DNA of 64,000 bases. It comes from Podarcis bocagei (taxonomy: Eukaryota). The notes beneath the pieces are model-generated. The model made no database searches. It was not told where the DNA came from and saw only the letters and a list, made by a program, of their open reading frames with translations. Both the position numbers and the translations under genes were made by a program. Below are positions 39,657 through 50,990 of this stretch, in pieces (position 1 is the first letter of the stretch; each line of letters opens with the position of its first letter). The stretch is taken from the NCBI GenBank assembly GCA_964188305.1, contig OZ076896.1. The stretch is one strand, 5' to 3'.

Positions 39657-39791
39657 CTTCATATTGGATGCTTCTGTTTCCAGTTTTGTAAGATGATTTG
39701 AATTATCTTCCAGTTCTTGTCGAAGGTTTGAGTTCTCCATTTTTAATGCCTCTACTTGTTTTAACAGCTGATCATATGACACTGCAGCCAT
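39657..39791 (-). CDS. APC: APC coding exon 1 (135 nt coding; exon starts at 39809 with 18 nt of 5'UTR)
   Basis: ctgtag|GTCCTGGGGTAGCCCAGA-ATG; MAAVSYDQLLKQVEALKMENSNLRQELEDNSNHLTKLETEASNMK|gtataa; in-frame TAG 9 nt upstream of the ATG. Confidence 0.98.
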
Positions 39792-40129
39792 TCTGGGCTA
39801 CCCCAGGACCTACAGCAGAATAAAGAAGAAATATTTGTTTTGGTTCATTTGTCCCCCAAAATGTATTGTGAACTTTGAATGTTGACTTTTGAGAGAAATA
39901 ATTAGAACATGCTATTTCATTTCCCAGGTGAATATAGTATTTTTTGTATCTCGTGGAAGGTTTTTAAACTGATCATATAATCATATAAACCACGTTAAAC
40001 TTGGCTACCTTACTCACTTATTTTTAGACCTTAACAAGCTTTGTTTAGTGACATGAAAAATGCTTTCTACTAGGAAGTTCTAATTGAAGTCAATACAAAT
40101 TATAGGAGTTCTGCTGCTTTCCTAGCCTT

Positions 40130-40157
40130 TGCGCGCACGCGCGCGCACACACACACA
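40130..40157. repeat. (CG)n(CA)n alternating purine-pyrimidine tract
   Basis: tgcgcgcacgcgcgcgcacacacacaca. Confidence 0.85.
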
Positions 40158-41888
40158 GCAATACAAAATTACATTTTGATTGGTTCCAAATCATAATAAA
40201 TGCATTGCCACAAAGGTTAAGTAGTAAGTTGGATCTTGTTTTCAATGCTAAAGCCCAAATGCAGAGAACCTTGTGGCATGCGTTTCCTCATTGCCATTTG
40301 GTTTCCAGTTTACTGAAGCTCCCCAAACTGGATCACAATGCAATGCAGTGTGGGAGATTGCTAGTGTCAGGGACTGGCAGGGCTCCAAGCAGTGGGTGGG
40401 GCCAGAGGCTGACCCAGGAGAATGGGGTAGCTATTTATGGATTTTTGTGCTTCCTGCAAGACAGGAGCAGGAGCTAGAGGATGAGGAGGGGTCTGCACCA
40501 AGAGCTGAGGGAGAGACGTGCCTGAAGGGAGCTGGGGCAGAATCCCCGCCCCCACTGTCACTGGGATCAGGAGGGTCTTGAAGAGGCAGGCACAGTGACA
40601 ACTTCTGTGTAGAAGTTGCAGGTTGCTTACACTTGTGCTACCAGGCAAGAGTACTTAATCTTGGGTGTAGGTGTGGCCACCCATTACTCCAACAGTCCAG
40701 CTCAGAGCACAAGCCCAGGGAGGGGCACTAGCCACCTAGCCACCAGAAGTACGTGTGTGTGTGTGTGCGTGTTTAGTGTGCCTCATAAGCTCCTGTAAGT
40801 TCATGCTTTCTCAATACAGAATTAAACTACCACCTATTTGTCCTCCTTGGGCTGGGTGTGCTCAGGACAGCTAGTAGGCGCAGCGGAAAGAGTAAGAAGT
40901 CCCATTGCTGACCTCAGAAATGCCTAGAAGAATTATCACACTATTACGTCCGAAATTGTAGACATTAGTAAAGACGGAATATGATTTTAACAGGTTAGTT
41001 GTGCTGAACCATTTGCGTATGACCATGGGTTTATTAGGTTTCAATCAGCAAAGGACTCCCAGGGTTAATACTTAGTGAAGTAGAATCACGCAGAACCTTA
41101 CCTCCAGAAGAGCCTGTATGCTCCCCAAACCTCTTTAATTTAAAGCATCTTAAACAAGGCTGATCTTGAAGATAGCTCAGAAACTCCAGGCAATGCTCAA
41201 TGCCACCACTCATATCCAACCTGACGTGGCAAGGCTGGTACAAGGTCAGCCAGCTTTGGAACAACTGCACTGACTTTCCAGTTAACTCTGCACCCAATTC
41301 AAGGAGCTGGTATCAACTTCTAAAGCCTCTGAAGGATTGAGATCAGAGTATCTCAGAATCCACCTATTTTCATATGAGACCCACTGCTCTGGTCTGATCA
41401 CAAATTAACTATGGTTTACTGTTGCCCCTCCCCACTTCTCATTCATGCATGAGGAGTATGAAATGAAAGCTTCTTTCATTTCTCATTTATGTTCAAGCTC
41501 AGATAACTATGGTCTCTTCCAACTCTAGTTCATTTTTTAAAGTGTCTGATAGTATGATCTGCTGAGTGCCAGGTCCAGAAGAACCCCAAAACTCTGCTGT
41601 TCAAATAAGCAGATTGCAACCTAATATAACATCTTCCAAGCCAGTCACTGCCAGTGCCCCACCAGCATCACTTTGGACTTGTTTAGAGTCAGCTTCAGAA
41701 TGTTTGCCCTTACATCACCAGAACATCACCTCTAAGCAGCTGTTCTAAGCACAGTCAGCAGGTCCTGAACATTTGGTCACAGAATTGCAGAACATCCACA
41801 TACTGACATAAAAGGTAAAGGTAAAGGACCCCTGACAGTTAAGCCCATTCGCAGATGACTCTGGGGTTGCGGTGCTCATCTCGCTTTA

Positions 41889-42127
41889 CAGTGGTACCTC
41901 TGGTTACGTACTTAATTCATTCCGGAGGTCCATTCTTAACCTGAAACTGTTCTTAACCTGAAGCATCACTTTAACTAATGGGGCCTCCCACTGCTGCGCC
42001 GCCACCACGCGATTTCTGTTCTCATCCTGAAGCAAAGTTCTTAACCCAAGGTACTATTTCTGGGTTAGTGGAGTCTGTAACCTGAAGCGTATGTAACCTG
42101 AAGCGTATGTAACCCGAGGTACCACTG
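41889..42127. mobile_element. Tc1/mariner (pogo-like) MITE nested in the SINE
   Basis: TIR CAGTGGTACCTC, TA TSD, internal TAACCTGAAG repeats. Confidence 0.9.
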
Positions 42128-42409
42128 TACAGGCCAAGGGAGCCGGGGTTTTCCACAGTCAGTTTTTCCGGGTCATGTGGCCAGCATGACATTCTGGTGC
42201 AACGGGACACCGAAACCAGAGCAGCGCATGGAAACGCCATTTACCTTCCTGCTGGAGCGGTACCTATTTGTCTACTTGCACTTTTTGGCATGCTTTCGAA
42301 CTGCTAGGTTGGCAGGAGCTGGGACCGAGCAATGGGAGCTCACCCCGTTGTGGGGATTCGAACCGCCGACCTTCTGATCGGCAAGCCCAAGAGGCTCAGT
42401 GGTTTAGAC

Positions 42410-42894
42410 CAGTGTTTCCCAACCTTTTTTGGGCAAAGGCACACTTGTTTGATGAAAAAAATCTCGAGGCACACCACCATTACAGCCCCGTGACGTCAGC
42501 ACGCAGCGTCACGCCGGGAGGGACGCACGAAAGTGTAAGTTTCAATTTTTTTCCCTCCCCCTTGCCGGGGAACCTCCAAGCTTTGGGGGTGGGGGGGAGG
42601 ATGCAGCAAAGCGAGGCAGGAAGGAGAGCGCGGCTTGGCTGGGTGAGCTTTGGCAGGGGCAGGGAATGAGAGCCGCGAGGCGGGCGCTGCGGACGGAGGC
42701 GCTGCCCGCCGAGCTCGCAGGCAGCCAGGCAGGCAGACGGCAAGAGCCCCGCGCTGGGCGGCCTCTCCTCGCCGCCGCCGCCCCGCCTCTCGCCGCCCGA
42801 CTCGCCCGCCTCCCTCCAGGCAACATCTCGTGGCACACCAGGCAACATCTCGCGGCACACTAGTGTGCCGCGGAACAGTGATTGGGAAACACTG
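42410..42894. mobile_element. GC-rich non-autonomous hAT element nested in the SINE
   Basis: TIR CAGTGTTTCCCAA...TTGGGAAACACTG; perfect 8-bp TSD GTTTAGAC. Confidence 0.92.
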
Positions 42895-43612
42895 GTTTAG
42901 ACCACAGCACCACCTGCGTCCCTCTAATGCAAATGTGGGAAACCCTTTCAGCCCTAAGGTCCCAACTGCTAACATGAACCGTGGGTGGGGCCAGAGGCAA
43001 AAAGTGAGTGAATGTGACTCTTTCTACAGTATGCTACATATTTTCTACACTAATATCCACATTTTTCTGTCCACCATCCAGTCAAGGAAGGATTTATCAC
43101 CATTATCACCACCAACAATACATTTCAGCCAGGCAAAAGCACTTGAGGAGGGCATGGAGCAGGGTCAGTGAGAAGTAGGTGTGGCCTAATGAGAATACCA
43201 AGCTCCTAACAAGAGTCCTAGAGAGCCACATTTGGCCCCTGGACCGGAGGTTTCCCACTTCTACTCTACAGCTACAGTTGATCTTTCCAAGTGATTTAAC
43301 ATAACATAGATTGGAACGGACACAGAGCCTTGTGGAACACACCTCACAGCATCTTGCCCATATCTAAGCAGACTGTTTCTGAGCAGACTTAAGAGCAGGG
43401 AACTTTTTGGGTGGCCCTAGTGCAAAGCTATTGGAGGCTGCATTTAAATAGTGGGTGGGTCAGACATCACACTCCCTTTAACAAAGACACACAGAGATTT
43501 AATACAGGCTCTCCTTCAATCTCTCTCCCCCCTCACAGTTTTTTCTTCTCAGTGCACAGAGGAAACTCCACCAGCTGCTCTTCCTGGATAGCCTGTATGC
43601 TGCATTTCCTTG

Positions 43613-43614
<2 letters not shown>

Positions 43615-43643
<29 letters not shown>
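43615..43643. repeat. (CA)n microsatellite
   Basis: ~14 CA units. Confidence 0.9.
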
Positions 43644-43647
<4 letters not shown>

Positions 43648-45057
43648 CCTCTTACACAGTGCAAAAGATGAATCCATCAGGAATCTTTGGGAAATGCTGG
43701 AGCAACTCTTCTTTTTGCTGTGGCACAGCTGATTCCCAAACAGCTGAGCAATGGAAGGGGGACCCACAGGGAGACTTTTAACCTCCCCTCCCCTGCCCGC
43801 CACTGTTATCACCCACTGATCATTTGTTCAGGTAAAGCCGAGTGACAGCAAAGGGGGAACTGCTTCCCTTGCCTTTAGGATGGGGAGTTGGGGAGGGCAT
43901 TGACCAGGACCTTGGTAGGCTGGAGGATACCAACTGCTTCTATAAGAAAAGAAATGACTGGGGAACTAGCCCTGAAATCCCAACAAAAATGTGATTTTAA
44001 CGAATTGTATGGTCCAAACTGCTGGAAAATTTCGGAACAATATTGTATTATCAATCATGAGATGAGGCTCATCCATGAGGGCCTACAAATCTATAATTAG
44101 GTCACAAGTCAGACTGAAGCAGGCTGATGAGGTGTGTTACCAAGAATCAATCAATCAATCTCTCTCTCAATCTCTGCCTCTGTCTCTCTCTCTGTGTGTA
44201 AAACATACTTTCCCTAAAAAGAGTGTGTTGGACACAGGCGTAAATCTATAGTTATATTCGCCTTGCACAAAGATGGGTAGATTCATCACTGCATCCCTTA
44301 ATCAAGGCAGTACCATGCCCCCTCCACTGTAGCATTCACATAACTGGACAGAAACCTGTCAAGTTACTTCCATTTGTTTGTTTGTTTTCATCTATGAGTG
44401 GCAAGAGCTGCTTTCACAATGCCAAGTATCAGCCAATATTCTCAAGGGGGAAACAAACTGAGCTACAAAAGGAACCTGGGGAAAGAATGACAGGTGGGAA
44501 GAGAGACAGCAGTTCTCCTTGGCTGAAGTTGAAGTGTGGTTGAATATTTCACTGGCAATATTTTGTTAAAATGTCTCTAGAAGGGATGAGTGGAGGAGGA
44601 AGACTGCAGAAAGGTGAAGACTGAGAGTATGGGGAACACAGAAAACCATGCAAGCCAAGGGCAATCCAGCCTAAGGCTATGACATAGGATTGGGTATAAT
44701 ACAAATTGTAAATAAAGCAATCAATCTTAATCATAAACTCTGGCACAAAGGATATTCTAGATTCAACCAACCCTCTACTAATACCAAGCAAATTAAACCT
44801 GTTAAAATATTGTATAGACAAGACTTAAGTAAGGAAATGAATGAAAGAAGCAGCAATACAAGCAAATGTTTATGCAAACCAGGCCAGCTTTAACAAATTC
44901 TGCTGTTCTCACATTCGCAATTCCCCCATCGATTCATTGCCTTGCCATTATGCAGTGTCAGCTCATGAGTAACAGAAGGAGATATCACACAAAGTGTGAA
45001 GCAAAACACAGCTATAACCTCAACCTGAAGATTTGGGAAAGGAACCAAAAGTCTCAA

Positions 45058-45380
45058 GTCTTCTTTTCTGAAGATCACTCGTAGCCAAGCAGGATTGTCT
45101 TCCATGAACACGGTCTTAATGGTGAGTCCGTAGGTGACTGTGGAGGCCAATTCTGGATCCACACATCCTTCCACAGTGGGGACATAGGTTTCCGGGTGGG
45201 AGTTGATCATGGTGAAGGTTTGCTAAACCTGCCTTCCTCTTAGCACGTTTCTCCCTTTCATCCTGAGTTTGTGCGTCTTCAAAGTCCACAACACCTTTGG
45301 TAAAGGCTGTTCTCCAAATGGAGTGCTCACAGGCCAGTGTTTCCCAATTGTTGGTGTTTATACTACATTTTTTTAGATCA
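45058..45380 (-). mobile_element. RTE-clade LINE 3' fragment
   Basis: Translates to NWETLACEHSIWRTAFTKGVVDFE...CPHCGRMCGSRIGLHSHLRTHH-stop (RTE C-terminal C2H2 finger), then a (GAA)-like tail. Confidence 0.85.
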
Positions 45381-45754
45381 AAATTCTCAGTATTGCTTTA
45401 CTAGCTCCATAGTTGGTTTAATCAAAATATATTTAACAAATTAGGGATGCAACCTGTAAGAATTCTACTAACAAGAACAGATATCATCCTTTTGATTGTA
45501 TTTTGGATGGTAACTGGTGAATTTCATAAATCATTGTTATTATGTTATTTTTTTTAAAAAGCAAACAAACTATCAGCTAAATGTTGGTGTTCTGTATTCT
45601 CTCACAAGAGAACAGCTAGATATTGCACAAGAATACACTATAACGTAATGAATGAGAGCAAGTTCTTTTTTAAATGAGATGCTGTGTTCATGGGGTATCC
45701 ATAATTTATTGAATTTTGTTTAGCCATGTAAGCCATAATTTTTCAATGCCAGTA

Positions 45755-45995
45755 CAGTCAAACCTTGGTTGTTGAACGTAATCCGTTCCAGAAGCACATT
45801 TGGCTTCCAAAATGTTCGACAACCGAGGTGCAGCTTCTGACTGGTTGCAGGAGCTTCCTGCACTCAAGTGAAAGCTGCGTCGGACATTCAGTTTCCAAAA
45901 AACGTTTGAAAACTGGAGCATTTACTTCCAGGTTTTTGGCATTCGGGAGCCAAAACGTACCAAAACGGAGGCGTTTGGGATCCGAGGTTTGGCTG
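45755..45995. mobile_element. Tc1/mariner (Tigger-like) MITE
   Basis: TA-CAGTCAAACCTTGG...CCGAGGTTTGGCTG-TA. Confidence 0.82.
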
Positions 45996-46344
45996 TACTA
46001 GCATTATTAGAACATTCCAGCATGGTTAACACTTATCATAAATTTCTTCAGACTGTTTAAAAAACTCAGACGGAACAGCTGTCCCCAATACCATTAGGTT
46101 TTACCCTTGTTTGCACTTTTGCCATGTTAAAGTTCTGAGACCTTGCAAGCAGTGAATACACTGAAAGTATCAGACTGAAGTCCACAACAGATAAATCATA
46201 TTGGACTTGTCAATTATACCACAGCGAAGACCTCAGGTTAACAAAACTATGAATAAAACAAAACCACTTTACTGTACATATTTCTCTAGCCATATGGCCA
46301 CGCCCCTGTTCCTTGACCAACACAACATCCACTGTCCAACAATA

Positions 46345-46437
46345 TTCCCATGATATCTGCCCACTGGTCCTGCTAGCTAGGGATGATAGGAGTTGTAATC
46401 CAAAAACAACTGGAGACCCAAGTTTGAGAAACACTGA
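46345..46437. mobile_element. Half copy of the palindromic hAT MITE
   Basis: GGAGTTGTAATCCAAAAACAACTGGAGACCCAAGTTTGAGAAACACTG. Confidence 0.65.
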
Positions 46438-47030
46438 TCTAATCTCTTTTGCTTCAGGGCTCACCCACTGTTAGCATATGGCTCCTGGGAGACTGAAGGA
46501 ATATGGCCATTGGACAAAAAAATCTTCCCCATGCCTCTGATCTAGATAACCTGATGGGATCCAACTGCTGCTACATCCCTACTTCTCCTTTGGGAGCAGG
46601 ATCTGCTGTCTCTTGCTTTGCTCATGGGAAAAAGAATGCATCCAGAGGGAGAGCAGCCCTAACCCGCTGCTGCATTGTGCAATGAGGGAACATCGTGTAT
46701 GCAAAGGATTCTGCAGGGTCTCATTTCTCACAATTATCCCATGACTGACAGTGTCTCGCTGGGCAGCATCCGTACACAAGTCGGTTATTTCTCAGAAGCG
46801 CACAATAGGTGCTTCATTAGCTCTCTCTGCCTCTCTCTCACACATTGAATTCTACAATATTTGGTTTTAAAGCTAATTTAAAGGGGTTCTCAAATGTTGC
46901 TTCAGCGAGTGCACATGTCAAGCAAAGGAAGTAAACTTCTTTGAACATAGTTATGAAAAACATAAAGCCACTATGAGCTATTCAGACACCTGTGAAATGA
47001 GTTTGGAGAAGAGATGGGCTTGTCAGAGCA

Positions 47031-47122
47031 TATTATATTATATTATATTATATTATATTATATTATATTATATTATATTATATTATATTATATTATATTA
47101 ATATTATATTATTTATATTATT
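47031..47122. repeat. (TATAT)n pentanucleotide microsatellite at the L2 3' end
   Basis: tattatattatattata... array. Confidence 0.9.
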
Positions 47123-48287
47123 TATAAAATTTGTATACCACCCTTTATTCGAAGACCACAGGGCGCTTTGCAACATAAAAATTCAAAATACGTAATAAAA
47201 CAAAAGCAAAAGCAAACACAAACCAATACCCCCAAACACATTTAAAAGCCCATAGAATCAGCCAAAGACTTGACACCTGTATGAAGGCACCAGGCGAGTC
47301 TCCCTGGGGAGAGCATTCCACAAATGGGAAGTCACCACAAAAAAGGCCTGTTCTCATGCCACCACCCTCCAGACCTCTCATGGAGGAGGTATGTGCAAAA
47401 GGGCCTCAGATGAAGATTGCAGAGTCTGGGTAGGTTCAGATGGAGACAGGAGGTCCTTGAGGTATTGCGGTCTTGAGCCGGTTAAGGCTTTATAGGTCAA
47501 AACTATAGGTCATCACTTTGAATTGGGCCCAGAAACTAATCGGCAGCCAGTGCAGTTGGACCCGGATCAGTAAAATATGTTCAAACTGTCTTACCCCAGT
47601 GAGCAACCTGGCCACCAAATTCTGCACTAGATGAAGTTTCTGAACTTCAAAGGAAGCCCTATGTTCAACACATTGCAGTAATGTGACCTAGGTTACCACA
47701 GCATAGACGACAGACGTTAGGCTATCCCTGTTCAGACAGGGCGGCAGCTGACTCACCAGATGATGAAAGACACTCTATGCTATTGAAGCCACCTGAGCCT
47801 CAAACAACAGGAGAGGATCCAGAAATACCCACGAACTATGGACCTGCTCCTTCAGAGGGAGTGTAACCCCATCAAGAGCTGGCAACCTCCCATCCATCTG
47901 GTATAGGGAACCGCCCACTAACAGTGCCTCAGTCTTATTTGGATTGAGCTTCAGTTTACTGGCTCTCTTCCAGTCCATTACCAAGGCAAGACAGTGGCCC
48001 AGCACATCCACTGCCACACCTACAGATGTAAAGGAGAAGCAGAGCTGTGTGCCATCAGTATATTGCTGAGAAGGTACTCCGAAACTCTTGATAACCCTAA
48101 TCAGTGGTTTCATGTAAGATGTTAAAACACCATAGGTGATAAAAGTGAACCACACACTGAAGGCTCCACAGGGCCAAAGAGCACTCTCCAAGCAGCACCC
48201 TCTGGAAACAGCCATCCAAGTAGAACCGGAACCACTGCAAAACAGTGCCACCTACCCCTGACTCAGACAGCTGCTGCAGAAGGATAC
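47123..48287 (-). mobile_element. L2-clade LINE fragment (degenerate RT C-half and 3' end)
   Basis: Minus frames give QWFRFYL, YTDGTQL (YADDTQL-like), LKLNPNKTE, LHWLPISF. Confidence 0.85.
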
Positions 48288-48423
48288 TATGGTCTCCCAA
48301 ACTTGGGTCTCCAGTTGTTTTGGGACTACAACTCCCATCATCCCTGACCACCAGGACCAGTGGGCAAGGATGATTGGAATTATAGTACAAAAACAGCTGG
48401 AGACCCAAGTCTAGGAAACCCTG
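48288..48423. mobile_element. Palindromic hAT MITE
   Basis: CCCAAACTTGGGTCTCCAGTTGTTTTGGGACTACAA...AAAACAGCTGGAGACCCAAGTCTAGGAAACCCTG. Confidence 0.8.
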
Positions 48424-50847
48424 ATTGAAAAAATCAGTTTCCTTCAAGAGCACCTGGCTCTGGTCCACAACCAGATCAACACCATGCAGTACTGTCTTAA
48501 TCAAGAAACACAAAGTGGGACAGTTATGCACATGATTCAGGAAAGAGTTCTAAGCACTTCTATTTCCCATTTAAAAGGCATGGATCACTTATTGGAAAAC
48601 AAGTAATTGTATTAAATAAGACTTATCATTACAAATAACATCACTTCAGAATTACAAGTGATCCAACATAGTGACCTTCACATGTCAAACAACAGGAAAC
48701 AGTTTATATTTAGAAGGCTCATCAGCACTTATTCTGCATAGTATCCAGCCTGCCACCATATAGAAATCTGTTTCAACAATAAATTGATTTATCTCTTCCA
48801 GATTGGATCCTTTAATAATGGCAGAATGGTAAACTAATACCCATCACAAAGACTTATAAAAAATGTTATATTTTTGTATATTGAAAACACATCATAAATT
48901 CTCTGTCATATCCACCATTACTAGACAATTGAAATTTGCTGCACCAGCTTATTATGTAGGCTCCAACTTTATGGAGTATACAGAGTATAACTGAATCCTT
49001 GTGCCATTTTAAAGAGAAGATTCTCTGCACATACCCAGTTTAAAGTAATAATGGAAGAACAATCCAAAGGAGCCTCTGCACTACCACTGCTGTCCAAGAT
49101 TTTTGTCTTCTTCTCCTAGCACCTATAGTTATTTAATGGGACTAATAATTCTACAAGAAGAACCTTAAGCTTGATCTTCTAATCACATACTCATTTTAAT
49201 TAGTGATTATTCATGTCCTTATGTCTGAATTGTTAAGAAAATATTTAATGGAATGCATCTCTCATGTGGGCTCCCATCATGATTACTTATACTGTTCGAT
49301 ATAGCTGATCTGAAATTGAATATATTTATATAAATTTTAAGGAAGTCTAAGTATTCACAGGCCTATTACTCTAAATAATAGATCTGAAATGTATAGTCCA
49401 CTAATGAAACTGATGACTTCACTAAAAAATGTACATACTAAGTAGAAAATGGCATTCTTGCTATATATAATTTTTGAATCCACATTATCTTTATCAGCCA
49501 GCAAGAACAATAATTGATATAGTTTGAAATGTGGCAAAGCAGAATATTGAAGTGTACAGTAATTTAAAAACAATTGCCATAAATGCTAAAATATTGTTTT
49601 AGCATTTGGGAGCACCAAGTAAATACAACACACAATCATTCAAGAATTTTTGGGCTGATCCACAAAAAAAGCAAATCATCCCAAAAGTACTACCTTCGAC
49701 CTATACTGCTGAAAATGATTTGATAATTTATTATACTTTAATCATTGTTCTGCTAGATTACTTCTAATTCTGCTGATGCTCAAATAAAATAGCCATTTTT
49801 CCTCCACAGTGATGCATCAAAGCTGACCTAATTATTACATTTAAAACTGCATCTGACGAGAAAAAAGAAAGAAAAGGGCACTACTTCATACATAATTTAT
49901 TAAGATTACTAATAGTATCCAAGACTGAATAACTCTCAGAATCTCTTATGGTGATGATGAACAGATCAAGTCAAAAGCTTCGGGCAGATGACAAATACTG
50001 GTCTTTCCCTTTCCCTTTCATCTTTATATTTTAACATTTCGGAATTTGCTTTTGTAGGGATGGCAATTGCTCTATTGCATTCCTGGGTGCAGCAGTGCAG
50101 CAGAACCTCTCGTCTCTATGCAGCTTTCCCCCTTTCAGTAAAGGAGCAAAAGCTGCTGCAGTAAACCGCAGAAATGCCAGCAACACATCATGTCACTAAC
50201 AAAGGCACTGGGATTTCACAGCATTTCCAGCAGGGAGTCTTCATGGCTCTGCAATATTATGCAGGCCATCCAAAAGCAAATCTTAACATTTCAAAATTAC
50301 AATAATCCATTCTCTACAATACCTTCCTCATCCTCCCCCTCCAGCCCTTGCATTGTGGGGTTGTTAGATTCAAATCAAGGCATCTCCTCTGCTGCTTTGT
50401 GTCCCTTTCTCTGGCTGCTGCTACTGTGACAGGAGGGAGGAGGAGAAGGAGAAGGGAGGATTTCAATGGGCTCAGCTCATTCCTCTAAGCGATGAATGTT
50501 TCATTCTTTGTTGCCCTTTATCCGTCTCCTAAGATACTATTTTCTCCTTGTTTCTATGTCAAACCTTTAGAACAACCATTTTTGTGCTACAAAAGCGTCC
50601 TTTTTCTATCGCTTCCAAAGCTCGCCATTGCAATATCCTCTCGTTCTGTCAAAAGCATGGATCGGAATCCTAGGACTTGATTCCTAGTTCTTTCTGTAAA
50701 AGCTAAGAAGCGAATGCATGGACAGAGAACCAGGCTACCTTTCCTGACAAATGTCATTCACTAGCCAGATGGGACAATGCTGTCCTTACAGTCACCAATA
50801 CTCAGTGCTCATTTCCAACAGAAGTACAACACTAACATTTCACCTAC

Positions 50848-50990
50848 CCCATCTCCGACGCCGACCGCACCTCCATTCAGTCTTCAACACCCAGTACCTT
50901 CCTGTATTCACTGTCTGCGCTAAAGCCAGAGCCAATACAGCCACATTCCAGTCACGTGTTCACCCAGCCCAACCCAGCCAATGGCCCTGA
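50848..50990 (-). promoter_or_regulatory. APC: APC promoter/exon 1A orthologue
   Basis: Minus strand ATTGGCTGGGT...CACGTGAC...ATGTGGCTGTATTGG...GAATGGAGGTGC...ATGGG|gtaggtg. CCAAT at 50978-50982 and 50932-50936, E-box at 50953-50958, donor at 50848. Matches my recollection of human 1A architecture. Confidence 0.85.

Larger units (their letters stand above)
41811..42922 (-). mobile_element. Sauria SINE interrupted by two DNA transposons
   Basis: SINE segments 41811-41888, 42128-42409 and 42895-42922 rejoin colinearly with the copies at 28819 and 29184. Confidence 0.9.

Noticed and set aside
40365-40600. TGTCA...TGACA-bounded segment (similar one at ~17100-17360) as a solo LTR
   Set aside because: No matching 4-6 bp TSD, so it cannot be supported without a repeat library search
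42268-43171. Long GC-rich ORFs in several frames
   Set aside because: Stop-poor GC-rich transposon interior; no transposase motifs
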